Positions 1 through 7,998 of a DNA stretch of 36,196 bases are shown piece by piece; position 1 is the stretch's first letter; each line of letters begins with the position of its first letter. The translations under genes were made by a program, and so were the position numbers. Origin of the DNA: Elusimicrobia bacterium RIFCSPLOWO2_12_FULL_59_9 (GTDB taxonomy: Bacteria; Elusimicrobiota; Elusimicrobia; O2-12-FULL-59-9). Location: NCBI GenBank assembly GCA_001800185.1, contig MGUX01000167.1, positions 19,937 to 56,132 of the forward strand, in the 5' to 3' direction. The notes beneath the pieces are model-generated. The model saw nothing but the letters and a program-made list of their open reading frames with translations. It searched no databases and was not told where the DNA came from.

Positions 1-172
1 CGTGCTCAACGTCAAGCAGGGCCAATAACTTCTCAAAGTGGGCTTTCACCGCGCGCCTCCCAAAACGGACGGGCGCGCCCGGAGGCGACGACACGGGAAC
101 CACGCTTGCGCTGGCCGCATATTATCTTGTTGACGGTGACGGAACACCCGGGGAGCGAAGCTGAAGAGGTTA

Positions 173-320
173 GTCCGAAAACCGGGGTTGCAGCCTCTGT
201 CCCATCTGAAAGCATTGTGTCAATTATGCAACCGCGGTTGCGCCTGCGTCGCCGGACAACCCCGCCTCGGCTGCGCCGCGGCGGCCCTGCGGGCGAATTC
301 CCCAACTGGGGAATTCGGGT
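173..320 (-). mobile_element. MITE-like repeat, family A, copy 1 (148 bp, flanked by TA/TA)
   Basis: The reverse complement is homologous end to end with 4276-4475. Both share the left end TA|ACCCGAATTCC..GGAATTCGCCCGCAGGG, the core GGGGTTGTCCGGCG and the right end GGTTTTCGG(A/G)C|TA. The imperfect terminal inverted repeats are ACCCGAA.. and G(T/C)CCGAA... Homology stops exactly at the TA dinucleotides. The copy starts directly after the TAA stop of the HEAT-repeat gene. Confidence 0.6.
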
Positions 321-1327
321 TAGTATTTGGGATCCGGCTCCTTCTTGAAAGGGTCTTGGGCGCCGGCCAAGTCCTGCAAGGCTTTCAGCGCCGCCAGATG
401 CACCGCGTCATCGGGATCGTTCGCTAAGCGCTCCAAGTCGGGGATGGCTTCGACCGCGTCGAGAAAGGCGAGCCCCTCGGCGCCCTCGGCCCGCAAGCCG
501 TAGAGAGGGTGGCTGGGGATCCTCACCCGGATGACGCCCAAGAGGGCGTCCTTAGCTTCGGCGTTCCTGTATTGATGGCTCAAAAAGTCCACGATGGCTT
601 TTAAAAGCGAAGGGTCCGTCTCGGAGTGCAGGAGCGAAATCAAGGTCCGGGTTTGATCCGCTTTTGTCTGCGAACTCGCCATTTGCAGGTACCACTCCTC
701 CACGACCGTGGTTTTGTCCCGGGCGGAGCCCGCCGTTAAAATATCCCGCACCGCCGCCTTGGCCCCCTCGTCCTGGCGGCCGGCTAATATATCGATGACC
801 TCGCGCCTCAAGGCTTGGTTCTTGGACGTTTGGACCAGGTTCAAGAAAACCGGCAAGGCCGCCTCGGAATCGTAGCGGTCGAGCACCTGGGCGGCGGTCG
901 CGGCCACGGGCCGATAGATGGGCCCGCCCCATATGTTTGAAAAATCGCTGAGCTGCGCCGTCAAAAACGCGAAAACGCGCGGATCCTGCCGCTTGCCAAT
1001 CTCCTCCAAAAGCCTCGCTCTGGCGTCGGCAACCTCGGTGTTTTCAGCGGAGGACTGGCGCCGCCGGCTCTGCGTCACGGCGTTCATAAGAACGGTGACG
1101 ACCTCCTCGTTGGTGGCGTTGGGCTTGGCGGTGAGGGAGGCCAAGAGTTGGCCGATGGGGTCCGCCTGGTCAAAATCGACGTTGATGTCCTCAATCGGTT
1201 CGACGGCGCTTTTGCGCTCGCGCGGCTCCGGGTCCATCACGCGGGCGGAAGCCCCCTGACAAAGACCCAGGAAAAGCGCCAATCCCGCGAAAAGCGTCCA
1301 AAATGTGGAAACTCTATTTTTAATCAT
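320..1327 (-). CDS. secreted HEAT/armadillo-type repeat protein
   Basis: 335-aa ORF with an N-terminal signal peptide (FWTLFAGLALFLGLCQGASA). It has repeated helical DP..R..A...L units (NDPDDAVHLAALKAL, DPRVFAFL, ETDPSLLKAIVDFL) typical of HEAT-like repeats. Composition is clean compared with the shadow ORFs. Confidence 0.7.
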   Translation of the reverse strand: MIKNRVSTFWTLFAGLALFLGLCQGASARVMDPEPRERKSAVEPIEDINVDFDQADPIGQLLASLTAKPNATNEEVVTVLMNAVTQSRRRQSSAENTEVADARARLLEEIGKRQDPRVFAFLTAQLSDFSNIWGGPIYRPVAATAAQVLDRYDSEAALPVFLNLVQTSKNQALRREVIDILAGRQDEGAKAAVRDILTAGSARDKTTVVEEWYLQMASSQTKADQTRTLISLLHSETDPSLLKAIVDFLSHQYRNAEAKDALLGVIRVRIPSHPLYGLRAEGAEGLAFLDAVEAIPDLERLANDPDDAVHLAALKALQDLAGAQDPFKKEPDPKY

Positions 1328-1455
1328 CCTTATACACCTCCGTAGTACAGCCGAATCGATTTACATTTTACCGCATCGGCCGGCCGGCCCACATGAGCCC
1401 TACGGCCTATGCGAAAGCAGGTCTTAAGTCCTAGGAACTCTTGGGTCCTTAGGCC

Positions 1456-1953
1456 CTAAGAGCCGGCGGCGGGGGGCTTGGGGGAGCAGTCTTTGCAGCG
1501 GCCGAAAAGCTCGTGGCGGTGGTAGAGGATGGAAAAACCCAGCTTGCGGCAGACCTGCTTCTGGATTTTTTCGATCTCCGGCCAACGGATTTCCTTAATG
1601 TATCCGCACTGGACGCAGATGAGGTGGTCGTGGTGGGGGCGCTCCAATTGAATCTCGAAGCGGGTTTCCCCGCTGGAGCTCGTGACCCCCTCGGCCAAGC
1701 GGGATTCCTCCAGGAGCTTGAGCGTGCGGTATACCGTCACCCGGCCGAGGCCGTCCTTCTTGAGCAGGCGATAAACGTCGTCCTGGCTTAGATGCCGCTC
1801 CGCGCTCAAAAAAACGTCCAGAATTTTCTCCCTTTGCTTGGTGAGCCGGAGGTCCTTCAGGGCCAAATAATCCTGAAAAACCTGCCGCACGCGCTCCGCG
1901 TAATTTCTGCGGCCCGCGTCCCGCTTGGGAAAATAGGAAAGCTCCTTCTTCAT
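1456..1953 (-). CDS. Fur-family metal-responsive transcriptional regulator
   Basis: Winged-helix region (RLTKQREKILDVF...VYRTLKLLEE), metal-site motif HHDHLICVQCG and C-terminal GRCKDC (two CxxC pairs). Its ATG overlaps the TGA of the upstream dehydrogenase (ATGA). Confidence 0.85.
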   Translation of the reverse strand: MKKELSYFPKRDAGRRNYAERVRQVFQDYLALKDLRLTKQREKILDVFLSAERHLSQDDVYRLLKKDGLGRVTVYRTLKLLEESRLAEGVTSSSGETRFEIQLERPHHDHLICVQCGYIKEIRWPEIEKIQKQVCRKLGFSILYHRHELFGRCKDCSPKPPAAGS

Positions 1954-2948
1954 GACCTCTTAAGAGCTTTAGGATTGGCTAGGTGCAGGGGGCGCCGCCC
2001 CAAGGCCAGAAAATCCACGAGGCTTTGCGCCGCCAAGCGGCCCATTTCCGAGCGCGTCTCAAGCGAAGCGCTGGCTAAATGCGGCGCCAATACCGCGTTC
2101 GGGAGCGCGGCCAGCCCCGGCGCCATTTTGGGCTCGCGCTCGTAAACGTCGAGCCCGGCGCCTCCGATTCGGCCCGAGCGCAGGGCCGCGACCAAAGCCG
2201 CCTCGTCCACGATGGGGCCGCGGGCCGCGTTGATCAAGACGGCCGAGGGCTTCATCAGTCCGAACTCGCGGCGGCCGATGAGATGCCGCGTGCCGGGACC
2301 CAGGTCGGTATGAACGGAAACAAAATCGGAGACTTTCAGGAGCTCGCGGAACCCGGCATGGCGCGCCTTGAGCTCTTTTTCGACGGCTCGGCCGGGCCGG
2401 TAAAGATCGTGATAAACGATTTTCATGCCGAAGCCCAGCGCCCGGCGGGCCACCGCTTGGCCGATGCGGCCAAAGCCGATGAGTCCCAGGGTTTTGCCGT
2501 GCACGTCGGTGCCCAAAAGCATGAGAGGGTCCCAGCCTGCGTAACCTCCCGAGCGCATCAAGCGGTCGCCCTCCACCACCCGGCGTGCCGCCGCTAATAA
2601 GAGCGCCCAGGTAAAATCGGCGCAGGTTTCCGTCAGCACGCCGGGCGTGTGCGTCACCGGCACGCCCCGCGCCGTGCAGGCCGCCAGGTCCACGTGGTCT
2701 AAGCCCACCGAAAAAGTCGCGACCATCTTCAGGCGCGGGGCCGCCGCCAAAAGCTCGGCGTCGACGCGCTCGGTCAAGAGACAAAGCAATCCGTCGGCGG
2801 AGCGCACGCGGGATAAAAGCAACCGCCGCGGAATGGCCGTGCTGTGAGCGTATAGGTCCAAGCGAAAATGGCGCTTTAGAAGCGCCAAGTTGGCCTCCGG
2901 AATCCGCCGGGTGACCAGAATTTTTAGTGGATGGCTCTGACGGCGCAT
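1950..2948 (-). CDS. D-isomer-specific 2-hydroxyacid dehydrogenase (glyoxylate/hydroxypyruvate reductase-like)
   Basis: NAD-binding fingerprint GKTLGLIGFGRIGQAVARRA. Catalytic-region motifs LINAARGPIVDE and LDVYEREP...PHLASAS are present. Confidence 0.9.
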   Translation of the reverse strand: MRRQSHPLKILVTRRIPEANLALLKRHFRLDLYAHSTAIPRRLLLSRVRSADGLLCLLTERVDAELLAAAPRLKMVATFSVGLDHVDLAACTARGVPVTHTPGVLTETCADFTWALLLAAARRVVEGDRLMRSGGYAGWDPLMLLGTDVHGKTLGLIGFGRIGQAVARRALGFGMKIVYHDLYRPGRAVEKELKARHAGFRELLKVSDFVSVHTDLGPGTRHLIGRREFGLMKPSAVLINAARGPIVDEAALVAALRSGRIGGAGLDVYEREPKMAPGLAALPNAVLAPHLASASLETRSEMGRLAAQSLVDFLALGRRPLHLANPKALKRS

Positions 2949-3075
2949 TTTTTTTCTCAGAAGTATTCCAGCGTAGCAAGTTTTTCAGTCCCGGGGCAAT
3001 TCGGTGGAATGGGAGCGGCGGAATATGGTACATATCTTTAAACGCGCAGTCTTATCCGGTTGTGGGGAGGGCCCA

Positions 3076-3270
3076 ATGTTGCCCAATATCGGCTGGGGAG
3101 AACTTTTAATCATTTTGGCGATCGCCCTGCTCCTTTTCGGGGCCAAGCGTCTGCCGGAACTTGCCCAAAGTCTGGGGAAATCCATCCGGGCGTTCAAGAA
3201 GTCCATGCAGGAGCCGGAGGAAGAGAGCCATTCCGACAAAGAGCCCGACCATAAAAACGATCCGCAGTGA
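3076..3270 (+). CDS. tatA: twin-arginine translocase subunit TatA/E
   Basis: Internal ATG of the 3004 ORF, preceded by GGGGAGGG. The product [42 protein letters not shown] has the TatA transmembrane plus amphipathic helix signature (FG..KLPE...GK.IR.FK). Confidence 0.85.
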   Translation: MLPNIGWGELLIILAIALLLFGAKRLPELAQSLGKSIRAFKKSMQEPEEESHSDKEPDHKNDPQ

Positions 3271-3292
3271 GCCGCCGGGCGCGCCATCGCTC

Positions 3293-4276
3293 GTGGACGC
3301 CCTGGGGCGCCGCATCGATTATCTTCGCGTTTCCGTCACCGACCGCTGCAATCTGCGCTGCGCCTACTGCCTGCCGGAGCTGTTTAAGGGTTTTAGCCCA
3401 CTCAAGGACGGCCTGTCCGACGACGAGCTATTGACGCTGCTCGGGCATTTTTTGGCCGTGGGCTTTTGCAAAATCCGCCTGACGGGCGGCGAGCCTTTGG
3501 TGCGTCCCGGCATCGTGGAGTTGGCCGCGAAAATCTCCGCGTTGGACGGCCTCAAGGACTTGGCTATGTCCACCAACGGCATGCTTCTCGCCCCGGCGGC
3601 GAGAGCGCTCAAAGACGCGGGGGTTCGGCGCGTCAACATCAGCCTGGACACTTTAGACCCCGGGCGCTTTAAAAGCGTCACCCGGTTCGGGGACCTCCAG
3701 ACCGTGCTCCAAGGCGTCGAAGCGGCTCTGAGCGCCGGGCTCAACCCGGTGAAGATCAACGTGGTCGTCGCCCGCGGCGTCAACGATGATGAGATCGGCG
3801 ATTTCGTCCGCTTGAGCCGGGAAAGAAACCTGCATATCCGCTTCATCGAGTTGATGCCCATGGGGGAGACCGGATTTTTTTCGACGGCGCGGTGGGCGCC
3901 TCTCGATGAGATGAAATCCAAAGCCGGCCCGCTCGTCCCGGCGGAGGGCTCTTCAAGGCCCGTGGGCCACGGGCCGGCGCGATACTTCAGGTCGCCGGGC
4001 GGCCGGGGCACGGTGGGCTTTATCAGCGCCTTAAGCGATAATTTCTGCGACGGCTGCAACCGCGTCCGCCTCTCGGCCAAGGGCGTCTTGGTGCCGTGCC
4101 TGGACGGAGAAAACGGCGTTTCCCTCGCGGGCCTGCTGCGGGAGGGGGTCGCCGGCGAAGAAATGCGCCGCCGCATCATCGAGTGCGTTTTTAACAAGCC
4201 TGCGCGCCACCACATGCTGGAAAGAGCCGCCGTGGAGTCGGCCAATCCCCGCACCATGTGCCAGATCGGCGGCTAA
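3293..4276 (+). CDS. moaA: GTP 3',8-cyclase MoaA (radical SAM, molybdenum cofactor biosynthesis)
   Basis: YLRVSVTDRCNLRCAYC radical-SAM CxxxCxxC cluster, GGEPL, and the C-terminal second cluster region NFCDGCNRVRLSAKG. Start placed at in-frame GTG 3293, because the 3161 ATG would overlap tatA and add an Arg/Ser-rich non-homologous extension. The start is less certain than the gene call. Confidence 0.88.
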   Translation: MDALGRRIDYLRVSVTDRCNLRCAYCLPELFKGFSPLKDGLSDDELLTLLGHFLAVGFCKIRLTGGEPLVRPGIVELAAKISALDGLKDLAMSTNGMLLAPAARALKDAGVRRVNISLDTLDPGRFKSVTRFGDLQTVLQGVEAALSAGLNPVKINVVVARGVNDDEIGDFVRLSRERNLHIRFIELMPMGETGFFSTARWAPLDEMKSKAGPLVPAEGSSRPVGHGPARYFRSPGGRGTVGFISALSDNFCDGCNRVRLSAKGVLVPCLDGENGVSLAGLLREGVAGEEMRRRIIECVFNKPARHHMLERAAVESANPRTMCQIGG

Positions 4277-4475
4277 CCCGAATTCCACGGTTGGAATTCG
4301 CCCGCAGGGACGTCGCTGTAAAACAGCGACGGGGTTGTCCGGCGCCTGGGGCGCAAGCACGCTGGAGGCCACGGGCCTCCCGGCTAGTACCCGAAGCTCT
4401 GCGTAGGGTGCAACCGCAGCGGCTTCCGGACAATATTCTCAGACACAGGAGGAACCGCAACTGCGGTTTTCGGGC
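4276..4475 (+). mobile_element. MITE-like repeat, family A, copy 2 (200 bp, flanked by TA/TA inside a CTAG)
   Basis: Homologous to the reverse complement of 173-320, with an internal insertion of about 50 bp. It lies exactly between the moaA stop (TA|A) and the tatC ATG (TA|G ATG). Internal hairpins differ in sequence between copies but keep their pairing (CGTCGCTG-taaaa-CAGCGACG here versus CCGCC...GGCGG in copy 1). Confidence 0.65.
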
Positions 4476-4478
4476 TAG

Positions 4479-5174
4479 ATGCAGGAAGACGCTCCCAAGC
4501 CGCTGACTGAGCATCTGGAGGACCTGCGCGGCCGCTTGATCGCGGTTCTCCTCACCCTTCTGGCCGGCACGGCCGGCGGCTATGCCTTCGCGGACGGGGT
4601 TTTAGAATGGCTGATACGTCCCGTCGGTCAGTTGTTTTTTTTATCTCCTACCGAGGCTTTTTTGGTGCGCCTGAAAGTCTCCTTTTTTATCGGCGTGGTC
4701 GTCAGCGTGCCCGTGTTCTTTTACCAAGTCTACCGTTTCGTGGGCGTGGGACTGACGGCCGCGGAGCGCCGCGCGATCTTCGGGATGCTTCCCTTTTCCC
4801 TGATTTTGTTCGCTGCGGGCGCGGCTTTCGGCTGGTGGGCGGTGATTCCGGCGGCGCTTAAGTTTCTTTTGGGATTCGGGACAGCTTCTTTAAAGCCGAT
4901 GATCTCGGCGAGCCACTATCTGGGATTTATTTTCTGGCTATGCATCGGCTTCGGAGCGATGTTTCAATTGCCCATCGTAATTCTCATTTTGGTCCGCTTG
5001 GGCGTCGTCGAGCCCTGGATGCTGCGCCATTACCGCCGGCACGCTCTGCTGGCCATCGCCATTGTGAGCGCCGTTTTGACGCCGGGACCCGATCTCTTTT
5101 CGCAACTGGCCCTCATCGTCCCCACCTACCTGCTCTACGAGATTTCCATCTGGATCGCTCATTTCAGGACTTAG
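4479..5174 (+). CDS. tatC: twin-arginine translocase subunit TatC
   Basis: N-terminus PLTEHLEDLRGRLI, six hydrophobic segments, and conserved C-terminal LTPGPDLFSQLALIVPTYLLYEISI. Confidence 0.9.
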   Translation: MQEDAPKPLTEHLEDLRGRLIAVLLTLLAGTAGGYAFADGVLEWLIRPVGQLFFLSPTEAFLVRLKVSFFIGVVVSVPVFFYQVYRFVGVGLTAAERRAIFGMLPFSLILFAAGAAFGWWAVIPAALKFLLGFGTASLKPMISASHYLGFIFWLCIGFGAMFQLPIVILILVRLGVVEPWMLRHYRRHALLAIAIVSAVLTPGPDLFSQLALIVPTYLLYEISIWIAHFRT

Positions 5175-7178
5175 CGCCTTGCGCCGCGTGAAGGCCCAGC
5201 CCGCCGCAAGAGCCATAACCAGAAGCGCCTGCCCCATCAACGTCTCCCAGGTCGGATAAATGCCCAGGAAGGGCAGTTCCCTCATCCAAACAAACGGGTG
5301 AAGCGAAACCCAGCCCGCTCCTTGAAGCTCATGCAGTCCGCGGCCCATGAAGGAGAAAGCCAGGGCGTAGAGCATGCCGCTGGTCGCGACAAAAAACGTC
5401 CGCATCGGAATCCTGACTTCCAAGCGGTAAAAAGAAACAAACAGAACGGCCAGGAGCGCGGCGCCCGCCAAAAAACCAGCCAAAACGATCGCTTTATTGA
5501 CTGCGGCGAAACCGAGGAGAGCCTGATAGAAAAGCACCGTCTCAAAACCTTCCCGGTAAACGGCCAGAAAGGCGGCGAAGCCCAGCATCGCCGCGCTGCC
5601 GGAGCCGAGCGCTCCCTGCAGTTGACCGCGGATAAAGGACCGCCATTTTTCCGCCTCCGCCTTGGCCAGAAGCCAAAAGGAAACGTAAAACAGAACGGCC
5701 GCCGCCGCCAGCATCACCACGCCTTCGAGGCTTTCCTGGTTCAGGGCCGAAGTCCGCAAAAATCTCTGCGCCGCCCAGGCGGTCGCGAACGAGGCCGCCA
5801 CGCCCAGGGCCGCTCCCCGGTAAACCGTCCTCAGCTTGTCCGCATGACCCGCGCGCTTCAAGTACGCGATAAGCGCGGCGATAATGAGAATGGCCTCAAA
5901 TCCCTCCCGAAGAATGATGGTCAGGGACTGCAAAAACGCCACGGCGGGCGATGATGAGCGATCGAGGGCGCGCCTCAGCCTATCCAAACGCGCTTCTATC
6001 CCGCTTTTTGAATTTATGATTTCCGCGCGGGGCGCCGCTTGAAGCAGCTTGGCCCGCAAAAGCGGAAAAGCGCTCTCGAGGTAGCGGTTGTCCTCCGGGG
6101 CCTTGGAGGCCGCCCGCGCTTCGATGCGTTCGTAGCGAAGATACGCCTCCAGGGCGGCATCCGCGGAGTCTTTGAAAGCGCCGCGATCAAAAAATTCCAA
6201 GCTGCCCGCGAGGCTAGCCTTCACCTGCGCGATCACGGAGACGATTTCGTCCTGCGGCGCGGAGTCCCCCTCCCCTCCCGCTTCGAGCTTTCGCGCGGAG
6301 CGCCAATAAGCCGACAGCAGCGCGGCTTCCTCGCCGGAGAGGCCCGCCTCCGGACGCCCGGTCAGGAGCGCGGACGCTTCGAGCTCGCTTCGCTCAGCCC
6401 AGAATTTCAGGCTCTTGAACTCCCCCGGCAAGCGCCCGCGCGCACGCTCGTAAATTTTTTCGGCCTTCTCGATGTCCCGCGGAGAGAGGGTGAAGCTCCA
6501 GAGGTAGGCGACCACGTCCCAGCGCTCGCTTTCGCTCAGAGTCTCCGCCCACGAAGCCATCGCGGTTCCCCCCACGCCGACCGCCACCGTCTGGAAGAAG
6601 CTCAGCGGGGAAGCCGCGCGCATGAAATCTTTTTCGGTGAAGGCCGGAGGCGGCGGCTGAAGAGCCGCCGCCGCCGGGCCCTTGCCGTCTCCGGCCGCGC
6701 CATGGCAGGCCGCGCAGTTTTGAAGGTAAATCCGCCGCCCGGAGTCGAGCGAGGGACGGCTCATGGGAAGAGCGTGGGTCGAAACGCCGAAGGATTTTTC
6801 AAGAGAAACCCGCAGGCCCTCCGCGAGCCGCCGCACGTCTTCCGGCGCCTCTTTGTCCCGGACTTTGGCTTGGAGAAATTTGAAATCGTTTTTGAGCGCC
6901 GAATTCTTGGCCGCGCTCAACCCGGCCTCTTGGGCGGCGCGCTCGTACTGAGCCGCCGCCGCCGCCGTGAAATCAACGGCCTCGCCGTATTCGCCGGGGT
7001 TGACGACGCGTCCGCCCGCGACCCCAAGGCCGTATTCCTTGGCCGCGATGTTGAGCGTAAAGACGATGCGCTGCACCTGCGCCCGCCGCCCGGTGGCCGC
7101 CTCCTGCGTCCGCGCGGCGGAGGACAAGACAGGCAGCATCAGGAAAGTCAAAAACGCGCGGACAATGAAGCGATGCAT
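4938..7178 (-). CDS. cytochrome c domain / FTR1 (EfeU)-family high-affinity iron permease fusion protein
   Basis: Signal peptide, heme-binding CAACHG with a downstream Met ligand region, and a long helical linker. The polytopic permease then carries two REGFE motifs (ILREGFEAIL, VYREGFETVL), diagnostic of FTR1/EfeU. The last roughly 79 codons run antisense through the tatC 3' end. Confidence 0.85.
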   Translation of the reverse strand: MHRFIVRAFLTFLMLPVLSSAARTQEAATGRRAQVQRIVFTLNIAAKEYGLGVAGGRVVNPGEYGEAVDFTAAAAAQYERAAQEAGLSAAKNSALKNDFKFLQAKVRDKEAPEDVRRLAEGLRVSLEKSFGVSTHALPMSRPSLDSGRRIYLQNCAACHGAAGDGKGPAAAALQPPPPAFTEKDFMRAASPLSFFQTVAVGVGGTAMASWAETLSESERWDVVAYLWSFTLSPRDIEKAEKIYERARGRLPGEFKSLKFWAERSELEASALLTGRPEAGLSGEEAALLSAYWRSARKLEAGGEGDSAPQDEIVSVIAQVKASLAGSLEFFDRGAFKDSADAALEAYLRYERIEARAASKAPEDNRYLESAFPLLRAKLLQAAPRAEIINSKSGIEARLDRLRRALDRSSSPAVAFLQSLTIILREGFEAILIIAALIAYLKRAGHADKLRTVYRGAALGVAASFATAWAAQRFLRTSALNQESLEGVVMLAAAAVLFYVSFWLLAKAEAEKWRSFIRGQLQGALGSGSAAMLGFAAFLAVYREGFETVLFYQALLGFAAVNKAIVLAGFLAGAALLAVLFVSFYRLEVRIPMRTFFVATSGMLYALAFSFMGRGLHELQGAGWVSLHPFVWMRELPFLGIYPTWETLMGQALLVMALAAGWAFTRRKALSPEMSDPDGNLVEQVGGDDEGQLRKEIGSRRQNGAHNGDGQQSVPAVMAQHPGLDDAQADQNENYDGQLKHRSEADA

Positions 7179-7196
7179 GGCAAAGGATTTAATTCT

Positions 7197-7217
7197 TATT
7201 GAAATCGGAGTTCAATA
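7197..7217. promoter_or_regulatory. AT-rich palindrome TATTGAA-N7-TTCAATA upstream of the iron permease gene (candidate operator, possibly Fur-type)
   Basis: 7-bp perfect inverted arms in the only AT-rich stretch between the permease ATG (7178) and the upstream gene stop (7280). It does not match the classical 19-bp Fur box well. Confidence 0.25.
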
Positions 7218-7279
7218 ATACCATGTTCCTCCGACGCGGTCAAACGCCGCTCGCGCGGAGGCCCCGCCGCCGGGAGCCG

Positions 7280-7987
7280 TCAACGGACGGAGTCTTTGAG
7301 GTCGAAGCGGTAGCCGACGCCGTGGATGGTGCGGATGAGGGCGGCGGCCTCCCCCATTTTCTTGCGGAGGTTTTCAATGTGCTTGTCGACGGTGCGCCCG
7401 GGAGACGGCGCGGAATCCTTCCAGACGTAGTTCTGCAGATAGCCGCGGGTCAACACCTTGCCCTGGTTTTCCAAAAGGCAGACCAACAGCTCAAATTCCA
7501 TAGGCGCCAGGCGCACCTCCGCGTTGGAAATCCAAGCGCGGTGCTCGCCGGTCTTGACCAAAATGGGGCCGCTGCGCAGATCCTTGCCCCCCAAGACATC
7601 CTGCTGCCAATTGAGCCGGCGCAGCAAAGCCTCGATGCGGGCCAATAGGATATCCCTTTCAAACGGCTTCCGGATGAAGTCGTCGGCGCCCAGGCGCAGC
7701 GCCTCCACGGCGTAGTTGCTGTCGCTGGATGCGCCCGAATACATGATCACGGGGACGTTTTTGAGCTTGTCGTCGGCCTTCACAATTTTAAGAAGCCCCC
7801 AGCCGTCGATGCCGGGCATATGCACGTCCATGATGACCAAGTCGGGAGGATCGTAGGGCATCACCTTGACGACTTCTTGGGAGCGCGCGTAGAGCTGGGG
7901 CGAGTATCCCGCCTGCCCCAAAACGAACTTGAGGAAGTCCCGCACGTCGTCGTCGTCCTCGATGATCGCGATGGTTTTGCCGGCCAT
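7280..7987 (-). CDS. OmpR/PhoB-family response regulator (REC + winged-helix)
   Basis: REC motifs IIEDDDD, LVIMDVHMPGIDG and DFIRKPF. The C-terminal trans_reg_C part has LAPMEFELLVCL...VDKHIENLRKK...IRTIHGVGYRF. Confidence 0.9.
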   Translation of the reverse strand: MAGKTIAIIEDDDDVRDFLKFVLGQAGYSPQLYARSQEVVKVMPYDPPDLVIMDVHMPGIDGWGLLKIVKADDKLKNVPVIMYSGASSDSNYAVEALRLGADDFIRKPFERDILLARIEALLRRLNWQQDVLGGKDLRSGPILVKTGEHRAWISNAEVRLAPMEFELLVCLLENQGKVLTRGYLQNYVWKDSAPSPGRTVDKHIENLRKKMGEAAALIRTIHGVGYRFDLKDSVR

Positions 7988-7998
7988 AAACCTGAGGG

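Noticed and set aside
1-49. Possible 5' end of a minus-strand gene (GTG at 49..47, encoding MKAHFEKLLALLDVEH...) running off the left edge.
   Set aside because: Only 16 codons are visible. The composition is plausible but cannot be supported further, so it is not reported as a feature.
33-305. ORFs 33-305(-), 106-348(+) and 188-427(+) at the left edge.
   Set aside because: They lie within or across the family-A repeat, are Arg-rich, and have no family resemblance.
2059-3033. Long alternative-frame and antisense ORFs across the window (for example 2059-3033, 3364-4257, 6039-7202, 9154-9825, 25100-26350, 27364-28146, 27875-28684, 28841-29659, 30380-31090).
   Set aside because: They overlap genes with clear family motifs. 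They have Arg/Gly/Pro/Ala-rich, low-complexity compositions typical of shadow ORFs in GC-rich DNA, and no recognisable domain.
4276-4475. Structured element next to moaA as a Moco riboswitch or other cis-regulatory RNA.
   Set aside because: It lies downstream of moaA, not upstream. A homologous TA-flanked copy sits behind an unrelated gene at 173-320, and the ends form inverted repeats. These features fit a MITE better.
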